Source: Eubacteriales bacterium (GTDB taxonomy: Bacteria > Bacillota > Clostridia > Oscillospirales > CAG-272). From it: a DNA stretch of 64,000 bases. This document shows, piece by piece, positions 36,006 to 45,967 of the stretch; within the stretch, counting starts at the first letter, position 1, and the number at the start of each line of letters is the position of its first letter. The DNA is taken from positions 655 through 64,654 of the forward strand of contig JAZRFH010000002.1 of NCBI GenBank assembly GCA_045661245.1, given 5' to 3'. A program made the translations under genes and the position numbers. Under the pieces are notes generated by a model. The model worked only from the letters and a program-made list of their open reading frames with translations. It was not told the DNA's origin and did not search any database.

Positions 36006-36418
36006 AAAACGAGGCTACCGAGAAAATAAGAGAAAGAGTGCTCGGCCTTATCGAGTCCGAGAGCGAGAGCGACGCGGCCTTTGAGCGCGAGTTCGGCTTG
36101 CCAGAAAAAACTATAAACAATTGGCGCCGCGGCAGAAGCTCGTCGTTTATGAAGATACTTCCCGAGCTTTCCGAAAAATTCAAAATGAACGTCGGCGAGC
36201 TTATGGATATTCCGCTAAAGGGCGACAGCTCCGAGCTTTCAGAGGAAGAGCTTGCACTTTTGCACCTATACAGAAAGACCAGAACTATGCCCGAAAAAAT
36301 GAGGGCTTCACTGAGAACCACTCTTGATAACACAATAAATATGTACATAGCGGCAAATCAGGAGCTGAAGCGCCGTGAACGCAAGTACAGGCAAAGAGAA
36401 AAGGGCGAGAAAAATTAA
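36002..36418 (+). CDS. Small HTH (XRE-like) protein with a basic C-terminus
   Basis: 138 aa with a Cro/C1-like HTH segment FEREFGLPEKTINNWRRGRSS. The start forms an ATGA overlap with the upstream gene. Confidence 0.5.
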   Translation: MKNEATEKIRERVLGLIESESESDAAFEREFGLPEKTINNWRRGRSSSFMKILPELSEKFKMNVGELMDIPLKGDSSELSEEELALLHLYRKTRTMPEKMRASLRTTLDNTINMYIAANQELKRRERKYRQREKGEKN

Positions 36419-36434
36419 AATCCCTAATAAAAAG

Positions 36435-36468
36435 AGGACAGAGAACGCAAAGATTTTCTGTCCTTTTC
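36435..36468. terminator. Bidirectional terminator between convergent genes
   Basis: The stem pairs aggacaga with tctgtcct, with an A-run upstream and a T-run downstream. Confidence 0.5.
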
Positions 36469-36478
36469 TATTTAACCT

Positions 36479-37375
36479 TTAATTGTTACCGTAGTTAGAG
36501 CCTTGAGCCTCACCCTTATTCTTTAAAATCTCCGTTATCCTAGCGAGCACCGCGTTTTTGCCATTGTTCCACTCGGGCGCTATAAGTAAATTCCTCGGGC
36601 AGTCACCCGTTAATCTGTGTATCACAATGTCGGGTCTGAGCCTTGCCACACACTCCGCGCATAGCTCGGTATATTCTTCAAAGGTGGGGGGCGTGTAGAG
36701 GTTTTGCAGGTATAAATCGGCAAGCCGCGTGCCCTGCATTACATAAATCGAGTGTATTTTAATTCCGAATGCACCTGAGGAGTTAATAGTATCAAGCGTT
36801 GATAGCACATTACGCCTATCCTCACCGGGCAGACCTATTATCATATGTACGACAAATGGGATTTCATGCCTTTTAAGTATCTCGGTGGCTGTCCTGAACA
36901 CCTCGGTTTTATAGCCGCGGCCGATAAGCTCTGCCGTCTTGTCCGACGCGCACTGAAGACCAAGCTCTACCCATACGTCAACTCTGTCCTTGTACGACGA
37001 AATCAGAGCCGCAATTTCCTCGTCTATACAGTCGGGGCGCGTGCCGATAGCAAGAGCAACAATCCTTTCGTCAAAAAGGGCGGCATCGTATTTTTCTTTT
37101 AACTCCTTTATCGGAGCATAGGTGTTTGTAAAATTCTGAAAATATGCGATATACCCGTCACTTTTACCGTGAGAAAGGCCTGATAGCACCTGCTCGCGTA
37201 TGCTTGCCGTGGGGTCAATATGCTCGCCCGCGCCTCGCTCACCGCAGTATATACAGCCGTGTGTGCCGCATCTGCCGTCACGGTTGGGGCAGGTAAAGCC
37301 GCCGTCAATACATATCTTGCCGATTTTTTTATTGTATTTTGACTTAAGGTAGCCTGCAAGGTTGTTGTAAAGCAT
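36479..37375 (-). CDS. Radical SAM protein, TIGR01212-like family
   Basis: It has the CPNRDGRCGTHGCIYC cluster motif and is about 300 aa. The ATG at 37375 has a ggggg RBS. Confidence 0.75.
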   Translation of the reverse strand: MLYNNLAGYLKSKYNKKIGKICIDGGFTCPNRDGRCGTHGCIYCGERGAGEHIDPTASIREQVLSGLSHGKSDGYIAYFQNFTNTYAPIKELKEKYDAALFDERIVALAIGTRPDCIDEEIAALISSYKDRVDVWVELGLQCASDKTAELIGRGYKTEVFRTATEILKRHEIPFVVHMIIGLPGEDRRNVLSTLDTINSSGAFGIKIHSIYVMQGTRLADLYLQNLYTPPTFEEYTELCAECVARLRPDIVIHRLTGDCPRNLLIAPEWNNGKNAVLARITEILKNKGEAQGSNYGNN

Positions 37376-37455
37376 TTTCGCCCCCAAAACTGTTTTAATT
37401 AGGTTTAAAAAAGGAGAAAGAGCAAAAATCTCAATCTCCCTTTTTATTTAAGTAA

Positions 37456-38139
37456 TTATCTGTTAAGAATGAGCTTGGTAAGCTCTACGGGGTCAACTAT
37501 CACGCCGTCTTTATATACGCGCATATTGCCCGATGCAATCTCGTCGATAAGTATAACCTCGTCACCGTTGTAGCCGAACTCAAACTTGATATCCCAAAGG
37601 TCAAGGCCGATAGACTTAAGGTCGTCTGCAACGATTTTGGTAATCTTAAGTGTCTGCTTCTTCATGCTCTCAAACATCTCGTAAGACATAACACCGAGAG
37701 CAACAAGACCCTCGCCTGTAACAAGCGGGTCGCCCTTTGCGTCATTTTTGAACGTGCACTCAACGTATCCGCCATCAAGCACTGTGCCGTCAGCGATATA
37801 CTCGCCGTATCTTCTGATAAAGCTGCCTGTTGCAACAAGGCGGCAGATTACCTCAAGGCCGTGGCCGAATACCTTACCGGGCAAAACCTCCATAGTAGTA
37901 TTATCAAGGTCGGCACTTACGTAATGAGTCTTAATGCCGTTTTTCTTAAGGAGCTCAAAATAGTAAATTGAGGTTTCAAGATTTGCCCTGCCGATACCGT
38001 CAATGGTAAGACCTACACTGTTCTCACCCGGGTCAAACTTGCCGTCTTTACCTGTACAATCGTCCTTGAACTTAAGGCATACGTTGCCGTTATCAAGTGC
38101 GTAAACGTCCTTTGTTTTGCCTGCATAAAGCTTTTTCAT
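37456..38139 (-). CDS. purC: Phosphoribosylaminoimidazole-succinocarboxamide synthase
   Basis: [13 protein letters not shown]...LIDEI... matches the SAICAR synthase pattern. The choice between ATG 38139 and GTG 38148 is uncertain. Confidence 0.9.
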   Translation of the reverse strand: MKKLYAGKTKDVYALDNGNVCLKFKDDCTGKDGKFDPGENSVGLTIDGIGRANLETSIYYFELLKKNGIKTHYVSADLDNTTMEVLPGKVFGHGLEVICRLVATGSFIRRYGEYIADGTVLDGGYVECTFKNDAKGDPLVTGEGLVALGVMSYEMFESMKKQTLKITKIVADDLKSIGLDLWDIKFEFGYNGDEVILIDEIASGNMRVYKDGVIVDPVELTKLILNR

Positions 38140-38329
38140 TACTTTCACCGTCCTAAATAAAGTTTTTTGAATTCTCTAAAACCTATTCTATCACAAGTTA
38201 AGTGATTTGTACACCGATTTTTTCAAAAAAATGCAAAAAATATTTACTTTCGTCAGCTTGACAAAAAGAGCAGTATTCCAAACGGTAAAATTTTAGTGAT
38301 ACAGACGAGCAAAACATACGCGTTTGCTC

Positions 38330-38359
38330 TTGACAAATATGACGTGTGCGTGTTATAAT
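38330..38359 (+). promoter_or_regulatory. Sigma-A promoter of the pyr operon
   Basis: TTGACA at 38330-38335, an 18-nt spacer, and an extended -10 TGtTATAAT at 38351-38359. Confidence 0.6.
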
Positions 38360-38382
38360 AAGTAGAAAAATAAATCTTTAAT

Positions 38383-38490
38383 TCGGTACAGAGATGCCGA
38401 CAAGATTTTGCAAATTGCGGCGCCTCACTTTCTGAGGGGCACTGTTGCTTTACAATCCTGTCGCAAGACGGGCTTTTGTTTTATTTAGAG
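38383..38490 (+). promoter_or_regulatory. pyr leader with hairpins and a terminator-like stem plus U-tract (possible PyrR-type attenuator)
   Basis: The hairpin tcggTACAGAGAtgccga partly resembles the PyrR-binding loop (..CAGAGAGG..). A second stem pairs gcgcctca with tgaggggc. A third stem pairs cctgtc with gacggg and is followed by cttttgttttattt, just before the pyrC RBS. Confidence 0.35.
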
Positions 38491-38502
38491 GAAGGAGCAA
38501 TT

Positions 38503-39759
38503 ATGAAGGTATTACTTAAGGGAGCCACCTCTTATCTTAACGGCGCAAAGGTTGAAGCGGATATGCTTCTTGACGGCGCTGTTCTTTCCGCTTTTACGGG
38601 TGACGTTTCCTCTCTTTCTTGCCCCATAATTCATAACGTATCTGTTTTTCCCGGTTTCTGTGACGTGCACGTTCACCTCAGAGAGCCGGGTTTTTCTTAT
38701 AAGGAGACTATTGAGAGCGGCACTATCGCCTCTGCGGCGGGCGGTTACACGGCTGTGTGCCCGATGCCAAACCTCTCTCCCGCACCCGACAGTGTGGAGA
38801 ATATCGAAATTGAGCTTGATGCTATACAGAGGGGCGCTTGTATCGGTGTTTACCCTTACGCGACGATAACGCGCGGGCAGAGGGGTGAGGAGCTTTCGGA
38901 TATGGCAGAGCTTGCACCCTTATCCGTAGCCTTCTCCGACGACGGGCGGGGCGTGCAGAGTGGGAAAATGATGGAGAGCGCAATGGTAAAGGCTCGCTCG
39001 CTCGGTAAAATAATAGCCGCGCACTGTGAGGATAATTCGCTCTTGTACGGCGGTTATATACACGACGGCGAGTATGCAAGGCTGCACGGCCACAAGGGCA
39101 TCTCGTCCGAGAGTGAGTGGCGGCAGATAGAAAGAGATTTGCACTTAGCAGAAAAGACGGGCTGCGCCTACCACGTTTGTCATATATCCACCAAGGAGAG
39201 CGTCGCGCTTATAAGAGATGCAAAGCAAAGGGGCGTTAACGTCACCTGCGAAACTGCACCGCATTACCTGACGCTTACCGATATGGATTTAGAGGAGGAC
39301 GGCAGATTTAAAATGAATCCGCCATTAAGGTCGGCCGAGGACAGAGCCGCGCTTATAGAAGGAATCAAGGACGGCACTATAGATATGATTGCCACCGACC
39401 ACGCGCCGCATAGCTTTGAAGAAAAGTCGCGCGGGCTTGCGGGGAGTCTAATGGGTGTTGTGGGTATAGAAACCGCATTCCCCGTACTTTATACAAGCCT
39501 TGTTCGGACGGGTATTATTACACTTGAGAGGCTCATTGAGCTTTTGTGCCATAGTCCGCGAGAGAGGTTCGGTATAGATGGGGACGCGGGCTTTACGCTC
39601 TTTGCCCTTGACGATAGATACAAAATAGACCCCGACAGCTTTTTGTCAAAGGGCAGAAGCACGCCCTTTGAAGGGCACGAGGTCTATGGCAGATGCTTGC
39701 TTACCGTGTACGGCGGTAAGGTTGCTTACGTAAATGATAAAATGCTTGGGAGGATATAA
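38503..39759 (+). CDS. pyrC: Dihydroorotase
   Basis: The motifs DVHVHLREPG...AHCED...ATDHAPH match dihydroorotase. ATG 38503 follows a gaggaaggag RBS. Confidence 0.9.
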   Translation: MKVLLKGATSYLNGAKVEADMLLDGAVLSAFTGDVSSLSCPIIHNVSVFPGFCDVHVHLREPGFSYKETIESGTIASAAGGYTAVCPMPNLSPAPDSVENIEIELDAIQRGACIGVYPYATITRGQRGEELSDMAELAPLSVAFSDDGRGVQSGKMMESAMVKARSLGKIIAAHCEDNSLLYGGYIHDGEYARLHGHKGISSESEWRQIERDLHLAEKTGCAYHVCHISTKESVALIRDAKQRGVNVTCETAPHYLTLTDMDLEEDGRFKMNPPLRSAEDRAALIEGIKDGTIDMIATDHAPHSFEEKSRGLAGSLMGVVGIETAFPVLYTSLVRTGIITLERLIELLCHSPRERFGIDGDAGFTLFALDDRYKIDPDSFLSKGRSTPFEGHEVYGRCLLTVYGGKVAYVNDKMLGRI

Positions 39760-39761
39760 AA

Positions 39762-42700
39762 ATGGCAAAAAGACAGGACCTTAAAAGAATAATGATTATA
39801 GGCTCGGGCCCTATAGTTATCGGTCAGGCGGCAGAGTTTGACTATGCGGGCACACAGGCGTGCTTGGCGCTGAAGGAGGAGGGATACGAGGTTATACTTG
39901 TAAACTCCAACCCCGCTACCATTATGACCGACACGACTATCGCGGATAAGGTTTATATGGAGCCCCTGACGCTTGAATATATCGCAAAGATTATCAGATA
40001 CGAGCGCCCCGATGCAATAGTGCCGGGTATAGGCGGTCAGACCGGTCTTAATATGGCTATGCTCCTTGAGCGTAAGGGAATTCTTGCCGAGAGCCAGGTT
40101 GAGCTTCTCGGTACTTCCAGCGCCAGCATTGAGAGGGCAGAGGACAGAGAGCTCTTCAAGGAGCTTTGCGAGTCCATCGGTGAGCCGGTTATACCGTCGG
40201 ATATTGCAAACACTCTTGACGAGGCGGTTGCCGCGGCAGAGAAAATCGGCTACCCCGTAGTGCTTCGCCCTGCGTTTACCCTTGGCGGCACGGGCGGCGG
40301 CTTTGCGTATAACGAGGAAGAGCTTCGTGAGCTTGCGGTAGGTGCGCTTGCGGCGTCCCCTGTAAATCAGGTGCTCGTTGAAAAAAGCGTGCGCGGATTT
40401 AAGGAAATTGAGTTTGAGGTTATGCGCGACAGTGCCGACAACGCCATTACTATATGCGGTATGGAGAACATCGACCCCGTTGGCGTTCATACGGGTGACA
40501 GTATGGTTGTTGCTCCCATTCTCACACTTTCCGACGAGCACAGAAAAATGCTTAACGACTCTGCAATCAAGCTTATACGCGAGCTTAAAATAGAGGGCGG
40601 CTGTAACGTTCAGTTTGCGCTTAACCCTAATTCGTCCGAGTATTATCTTATAGAGGTTAACCCGAGAGTTTCTCGCTCCTCGGCGCTTGCATCAAAGGCT
40701 TCGGGCTACCCGATAGCAAGGGTAACCGCAAAGATTGCGGTGGGTATGACGCTTGACGAAATTAACGTAGCGGGTACTACCGCAGAGTTTGAGCCTGCCC
40801 TTGATTATATTGTTGCAAAATTCCCACGCTTCCCGTTTGATAAGTTTACGTCAGTGCCCAACAAGCTCGGCACGCAAATGAAGGCTACGGGTGAGTGCAT
40901 GGGCATCGGCTCAAATCTTGAAGAGTGCATACTCAAATCCGTGCGCTCGCTTGAAACGGGTGTTTACCACCTCTATATGCCTAAGTTTGATAACAAAACA
41001 GACGGTGAGATGCTTGAGTATCTTCGCGAGTTCCACGACGACAATGCGTTTGCTATCGCAGAGCTTCTGCGCCGCGGCCATGGGGTAGACGAGCTTCACA
41101 AAATCACTATGATTACCCCGTATTTCCTTGAGAGCTTTAAGAAAATCACCGATATGGAGCGTGAGCTTTCGGGTGCTAAGGGCTCGGTCGAGGTGCTTAC
41201 CCGTGCTAAGAAAATGGGCTTCTCGGATAAATTTATCGCAAGGCTCTGGGGCACGAGCGAGCTTGAGGTTTACGCTAAGAGAAAGGAATGCTCTCTGACA
41301 CCCGCATTCCGTATGGTTGACACTGCACACGTGGGTGCGTATATTCCGTATTTCTATTCCTCGTATGAGGGTGAAAATCAGTCGATACACACGGACAGAA
41401 AGAAGATTATCGTTCTCGGCGCAGGTCCTATCCGTATAGGTCAGGGCGTTGAGTTTGACTATTCCACCGTGCACGCGGTAAACACTATCCGTAACTGCGG
41501 CTACGAGGCTATTATAATTAACAACAACCCAGAAACCGTTTCCACCGATTACACCTGCTCGGATAAGCTCTATTTCGAGCCTCTGACGGTTGAGGACGTT
41601 ATGGCGGTTATAGAGTATGAAAAGCCCGAGGGCGTTATTGCATCTCTCGGCGGTCAGACGGCTATAAACCTTGCAGCCCCCTTGGCAGAGCGCGGAGTTA
41701 AAATTATCGGTACCGACTGCGAGGCTATAGACAGGGCAGAGAACCGCGATACCTTTGAAAAGATACTTGAGAGCCTGAATATTCCCCAGCCCAAGGGTCA
41801 GGCGGTAACTAAAATTGAGGACGGTGTGAGAGTTGCCGAAAAGATAGGCTATCCCGTTCTTGTCCGTCCGAGCTTCGTTCTCGGCGGCAGGGCAATGCAG
41901 CTTGTCGGTAACGAGGAGCAGCTACGCAATTACCTTAAGACCGCGGTTGAAATTGACGAGGACAAGCCCGTGCTCGTAGACCACTACATTCAGGGTAAAG
42001 AGGTAGAGGTTGACGCTATCTGTGACGGACGCGACGTGTTCGTTGCGGGTATTATGGAGCTCGTTGAGCGTACGGGCGTGCACTCGGGTGACTCTATAAG
42101 CGTTTATCCCGCCTTCTCAATCTCGGACAAGGTAAAGGGTAAAATTCTCTCCTACTCCAAAAAGCTAGGCCTCGGCATAGGCATTGTAGGTCTTTTCAAC
42201 ATTCAGTTTATAGTTGACGCAAACGAGGACGTTTATATAATCGAGGTTAACCCCCGTTCCTCGCGTACGGTGCCCTTCCTTTCAAAGGCTACCGGCTATT
42301 CTCTTGCGGATATTGCAACAGAGGTAATCCTCGGCAAGTCGCTTAAGGAGCTCGGTATATTCGACCTTTATCCCGAGGAGAAAAAGCGCTGGTATTGCAA
42401 GGTGCCCGTATTCTCGTTTAAGAAAATCAACGGCATTGACGCGTACCTCTCGCCCGAAATGAAGTCAACGGGTGAGGCTATAGGCTATGACGACGACCTT
42501 TACCGTGCGTTCTATAAGGCACTGCAGGCGTCGGGTATGAACGTGCAGAACTACGGCACGGTGCTTGTAACCATTGCCGATGCTGATAAGCAAGAGGCTC
42601 TGCCGCTGATACGCCGCTTCTACAACCTCGGCTTTAATATTGAGGCAACGCACGGCACGGCAATGTTCTTAAAGCAGCACGGTATCAGAACCCGTGTAAA

Positions 42701-42935
42701 GAAAAAGATAAGCGAGGGAAGTCTAGATATTCCGAGCGCAATAAGAGCCGGCCACGTGGCTTACGTTATTAACACATCTGACGTTAATTCGACCGATACC
42801 CAAAAGGACGGCCACGAGATTAGAAGCCTTGCGGTTGAAACCAATACCACAATGTTTACTTCTCTTGACACGGTAAAGGTATTACTTGACGTGCTTGAGG
42901 ATATTACCATCACTATTTCAACAATTGACAGCTAA
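39762..42935 (+). CDS. carB: Carbamoyl-phosphate synthase large subunit
   Basis: 1057 aa. It has duplicated ATP-grasp halves (IMIIGSGPIVIGQAAEFDYAGTQA and IIVLGAGPIRIGQGVEFDY) and a C-terminal MGS-like domain. Confidence 0.95.
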   Translation: MAKRQDLKRIMIIGSGPIVIGQAAEFDYAGTQACLALKEEGYEVILVNSNPATIMTDTTIADKVYMEPLTLEYIAKIIRYERPDAIVPGIGGQTGLNMAMLLERKGILAESQVELLGTSSASIERAEDRELFKELCESIGEPVIPSDIANTLDEAVAAAEKIGYPVVLRPAFTLGGTGGGFAYNEEELRELAVGALAASPVNQVLVEKSVRGFKEIEFEVMRDSADNAITICGMENIDPVGVHTGDSMVVAPILTLSDEHRKMLNDSAIKLIRELKIEGGCNVQFALNPNSSEYYLIEVNPRVSRSSALASKASGYPIARVTAKIAVGMTLDEINVAGTTAEFEPALDYIVAKFPRFPFDKFTSVPNKLGTQMKATGECMGIGSNLEECILKSVRSLETGVYHLYMPKFDNKTDGEMLEYLREFHDDNAFAIAELLRRGHGVDELHKITMITPYFLESFKKITDMERELSGAKGSVEVLTRAKKMGFSDKFIARLWGTSELEVYAKRKECSLTPAFRMVDTAHVGAYIPYFYSSYEGENQSIHTDRKKIIVLGAGPIRIGQGVEFDYSTVHAVNTIRNCGYEAIIINNNPETVSTDYTCSDKLYFEPLTVEDVMAVIEYEKPEGVIASLGGQTAINLAAPLAERGVKIIGTDCEAIDRAENRDTFEKILESLNIPQPKGQAVTKIEDGVRVAEKIGYPVLVRPSFVLGGRAMQLVGNEEQLRNYLKTAVEIDEDKPVLVDHYIQGKEVEVDAICDGRDVFVAGIMELVERTGVHSGDSISVYPAFSISDKVKGKILSYSKKLGLGIGIVGLFNIQFIVDANEDVYIIEVNPRSSRTVPFLSKATGYSLADIATEVILGKSLKELGIFDLYPEEKKRWYCKVPVFSFKKINGIDAYLSPEMKSTGEAIGYDDDLYRAFYKALQASGMNVQNYGTVLVTIADADKQEALPLIRRFYNLGFNIEATHGTAMFLKQHGIRTRVKKKISEGSLDIPSAIRAGHVAYVINTSDVNSTDTQKDGHEIRSLAVETNTTMFTSLDTVKVLLDVLEDITITISTIDS

Positions 42936-42946
42936 GTGAGGTTGTA

Positions 42947-43678
42947 ATGAAGGATACTAATCTTACACTCGTATCAAACAGACTTATAGCCAAGAACACC
43001 TATGAGGCGCGCCTTGAGGGTGACACGTCGGATATTACTCGCGCAGGGCAGTTTGTGAATATAAAGCTTGACGGCTTTTACCTGCGCAGACCCATATCCG
43101 TGTGCGATGTTTTGAATGATACGTTAACTATTATTTACAAGGTTGTGGGCGAGGGAACAGATGTACTGTCAAAGCTGGCTGTCGGCACAGAGCTTGCGGT
43201 GCTTACGGGCCTTGGCAACGGATATGACCTGAGTAAGTCGGGCGCTTGCCCCTTGCTTATCGGCGGCGGTGCGGGCGTGCCGCCTATGTACCTGCTTTGT
43301 AAAAGGCTGATAGCGGCTGGCAAGACGCCCACTGTAATACTCGGCTTTGGCTCGCGCGACGAGGTGTTTTACGAGGACGAGTTCCGCGCCCTTGGTGCGA
43401 GGGTAATTGTAACGACTGCTGACGGCTCTTACGGCATACGCGGCTTTGTAACAGATGCCCTTGACGGTATAGATTACACCTATTTTTATACCTGCGGCCC
43501 TGAGCCTATGCTGCGTGCGGTATACAACGCCACCAAAACATCGGGTCAGTTCAGCTTTGAAGAGCGCATGGGCTGCGGCTTTGGCGCGTGCATGGGCTGC
43601 AGCTGTAAAACCAAGTACGGTAATAAGCGAATATGCCGTGACGGCCCCGTTCTTGAAAAGGAGGAGATAATATGGTAA
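42947..43678 (+). CDS. pyrK: Dihydroorotate dehydrogenase (class 1B) electron-transfer subunit
   Basis: 243 aa. It has an FAD/NAD-binding fold and a C-terminal 2Fe-2S Cys cluster, CGFGACMGCSC...C. Confidence 0.9.
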   Translation: MKDTNLTLVSNRLIAKNTYEARLEGDTSDITRAGQFVNIKLDGFYLRRPISVCDVLNDTLTIIYKVVGEGTDVLSKLAVGTELAVLTGLGNGYDLSKSGACPLLIGGGAGVPPMYLLCKRLIAAGKTPTVILGFGSRDEVFYEDEFRALGARVIVTTADGSYGIRGFVTDALDGIDYTYFYTCGPEPMLRAVYNATKTSGQFSFEERMGCGFGACMGCSCKTKYGNKRICRDGPVLEKEEIIW

Positions 43679-44589
43679 ACACTAAGGTTTCTCTTTGCGG
43701 TATTACTCTTGACAATCCTGTGATACCTGCGAGCGGTACGTTCGGCTTCGGATATGAGTTTGCCGAGCTTTACGACATAAATATTCTCGGCTCTCTTTCC
43801 TTTAAGGGCACTACCTTAGAGCCAAGATTCGGCAACCCCACACCGAGAATTGCCGAGTGTAAGTCGGGTATGCTTAACGCAGTAGGCTTACAGAACCCCG
43901 GAGTTGACAGGGTTATAAGCGAGGAATTACCAAAGCTTGCCCGTGTATTTCATAAGCCCAGTATGGCAAACGTATCCGGCTTTTCGCTTGACGAGTACGT
44001 AAAAACGGTAGAAAAGTTTGACACGGTAGAGGGTATCGGCTGGTTTGAGGTCAATATCTCCTGCCCGAACGTTCACGGCGGCGGTATGAGCTTCGGCACG
44101 TCGCCCGAGATGGCGGAGGAAGTGACAAAGGCGGTAAGGCGTGTTACGAAAAAGCCGATAATTATTAAGCTCTCCCCCAACGTTACAGACATCGTGTCGA
44201 TTGCCAAGGCGTGCGAGGCAGGCGGTGCTGACGGCGTGAGCCTTATAAATACCCTTATGGGTATGCGCATTGATTTGAGAAAGCGTCGCCCCGTGCTGGC
44301 AAACAAAACGGGCGGCTTTTCGGGTCCTGCAATTAAGCCGGTTGCTGTAAGAATGGTTTATCAGGTTTTTGAGGCTGTGAAAATTCCAATCGTAGGTATG
44401 GGCGGCATCTCAACCGCAGAGGACGTAATTGAATTTATGCTCGCAGGTGCTACGGCGGTAGAGGTCGGTGCTGAAAACCTCGTTAACCCCTTTGCCTGCC
44501 GCGACATTATAAACGGCTTGCCCGAGGCTATGGAAAAATACGGAATAAATAATTTAAGTGATATTATAGGAGGCGCACATGGGTCGTGA
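43672..44589 (+). CDS. pyrD: Dihydroorotate dehydrogenase 1B catalytic subunit
   Basis: 305 aa. The motifs [11 protein letters not shown]...NISCPN...GGI match the catalytic subunit. It overlaps pyrK by 7 nt. Confidence 0.9.
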   Translation: MVNTKVSLCGITLDNPVIPASGTFGFGYEFAELYDINILGSLSFKGTTLEPRFGNPTPRIAECKSGMLNAVGLQNPGVDRVISEELPKLARVFHKPSMANVSGFSLDEYVKTVEKFDTVEGIGWFEVNISCPNVHGGGMSFGTSPEMAEEVTKAVRRVTKKPIIIKLSPNVTDIVSIAKACEAGGADGVSLINTLMGMRIDLRKRRPVLANKTGGFSGPAIKPVAVRMVYQVFEAVKIPIVGMGGISTAEDVIEFMLAGATAVEVGAENLVNPFACRDIINGLPEAMEKYGINNLSDIIGGAHGS

Positions 44590-45277
44590 CGTTATTATTG
44601 CTTGCGATTTTGCAAGCCGTGAAGAAACACTTAATTTTCTTGATAAGTTTGAGGGCAAAAAGCCCTTTGTTAAAATCGGTATGGAGCTCTTCTATGCAGA
44701 GGGCCCCGAAATCGTACGCGAGATAAAAGCAAGGGGTCACAAAATATTCCTTGACCTTAAGCTGCACGATATTCCGAACACTGTAAAAAAGGCTATGGCA
44801 GTGCTCTCGCGCCTTGACGTTGATATGACGAATCTGCACGCCGCAGGTACTGTCAGCATGATGCAGGCGGCGCTTGAGGGCCTTACAAGACCCGTCGGCA
44901 CAAGACCTTTGCTTATCGCGGTAACCCAGCTTACCTCTACGAGTGAAGAGAGAATGAAGTCGGATTTACTTATAAACGAGCCGATTGACAAGGTTGTAAT
45001 GCACTACGCGGGCTGTGCCAAGACTGCGGGCCTTGACGGTATCGTATGCTCACCGCTTGAGGCAGAAAAGGTGCATAATACGTGCGGTAAGGATTTTATA
45101 ACCGTAACCCCCGGCGTCAGATTCAGTGACGGTGAGAAGGGCGACCAGGTAAGAGTTATGACCCCTGCCGAGGCAAAGCGCATAGGCTCGGATTACATTG
45201 TAGTCGGCAGACCCATAACTGCGGCGGCTGACCCCGTTTTGGCTTATGAGAGATGCGTAAGAGAATTTGTTGGATAG
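44579..45277 (+). CDS. pyrF: Orotidine-5'-phosphate decarboxylase
   Basis: 232 aa with IIACDF...[12 protein letters not shown]...VVGRPI. Confidence 0.9.
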   Translation: MGRDVIIACDFASREETLNFLDKFEGKKPFVKIGMELFYAEGPEIVREIKARGHKIFLDLKLHDIPNTVKKAMAVLSRLDVDMTNLHAAGTVSMMQAALEGLTRPVGTRPLLIAVTQLTSTSEERMKSDLLINEPIDKVVMHYAGCAKTAGLDGIVCSPLEAEKVHNTCGKDFITVTPGVRFSDGEKGDQVRVMTPAEAKRIGSDYIVVGRPITAAADPVLAYERCVREFVG

Positions 45278-45288
45278 GAGATAGAAAA

Positions 45289-45945
45289 ATGGAGAGCTAC
45301 AAAAGAGAGTTTATACAGTTTCTTGAGAGCGCGGGCGTTCTTAAGTTTGGTGACTTTACCGCAAAAAGCGGCAGAAAAATACCCTATTTCATAAACGCGG
45401 GCGAGATAAAAACGGGCGACCAGATTGCAAAGCTCGGCGAATTCTACGCGAAGAGCTATATTGATAAGCTCGGCAAAGAAAAGAGCGTGCTTTACGGACC
45501 TGCATACAAGGGTATCTCAATCGCAGTATCCTCGTCTATTGCATTATCTAAGTGCGGCCTTGACCTGCCGTTCTTCTTTAACAGAAAGGAAGCTAAGGAC
45601 CACGGCGAGGCCCCTGTTTTCGTAGGATACGTGCCTAAGGATGGCGAGAAAATCGTTATAGTTGAGGACGTTATTACCGCGGGCACTGCAATCCGTGAGA
45701 GTATGGAAATTCTTTCGGGTCTAAAGGGTACATCTGTTGCTGCCGTATTCGTTATGGTTGACAGAAAGGAAAAGGGCAAGACCGATATGTCTGCTATGGC
45801 AGAGGTCGGCTTGGAGTTCGGCTTCCCCGTATACTCGGTCGTTGACGTGTACGATATTATTGAGTATCTTGAAGAAAAGCCCGAGAACAAAGAGAACGTC
45901 GAGCGCATAAGAAAATACCTTGAGGTATGGGGCGCAAAGGCTTAA
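45289..45945 (+). CDS. pyrE: Orotate phosphoribosyltransferase
   Basis: It has the PRPP-binding motif VIVEDVITAGTA. ATG 45289 follows a ggagatag RBS. Confidence 0.9.
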   Translation: MESYKREFIQFLESAGVLKFGDFTAKSGRKIPYFINAGEIKTGDQIAKLGEFYAKSYIDKLGKEKSVLYGPAYKGISIAVSSSIALSKCGLDLPFFFNRKEAKDHGEAPVFVGYVPKDGEKIVIVEDVITAGTAIRESMEILSGLKGTSVAAVFVMVDRKEKGKTDMSAMAEVGLEFGFPVYSVVDVYDIIEYLEEKPENKENVERIRKYLEVWGAKA

Positions 45946-45967
45946 ACTAAATTTACAGGAGATAAAA

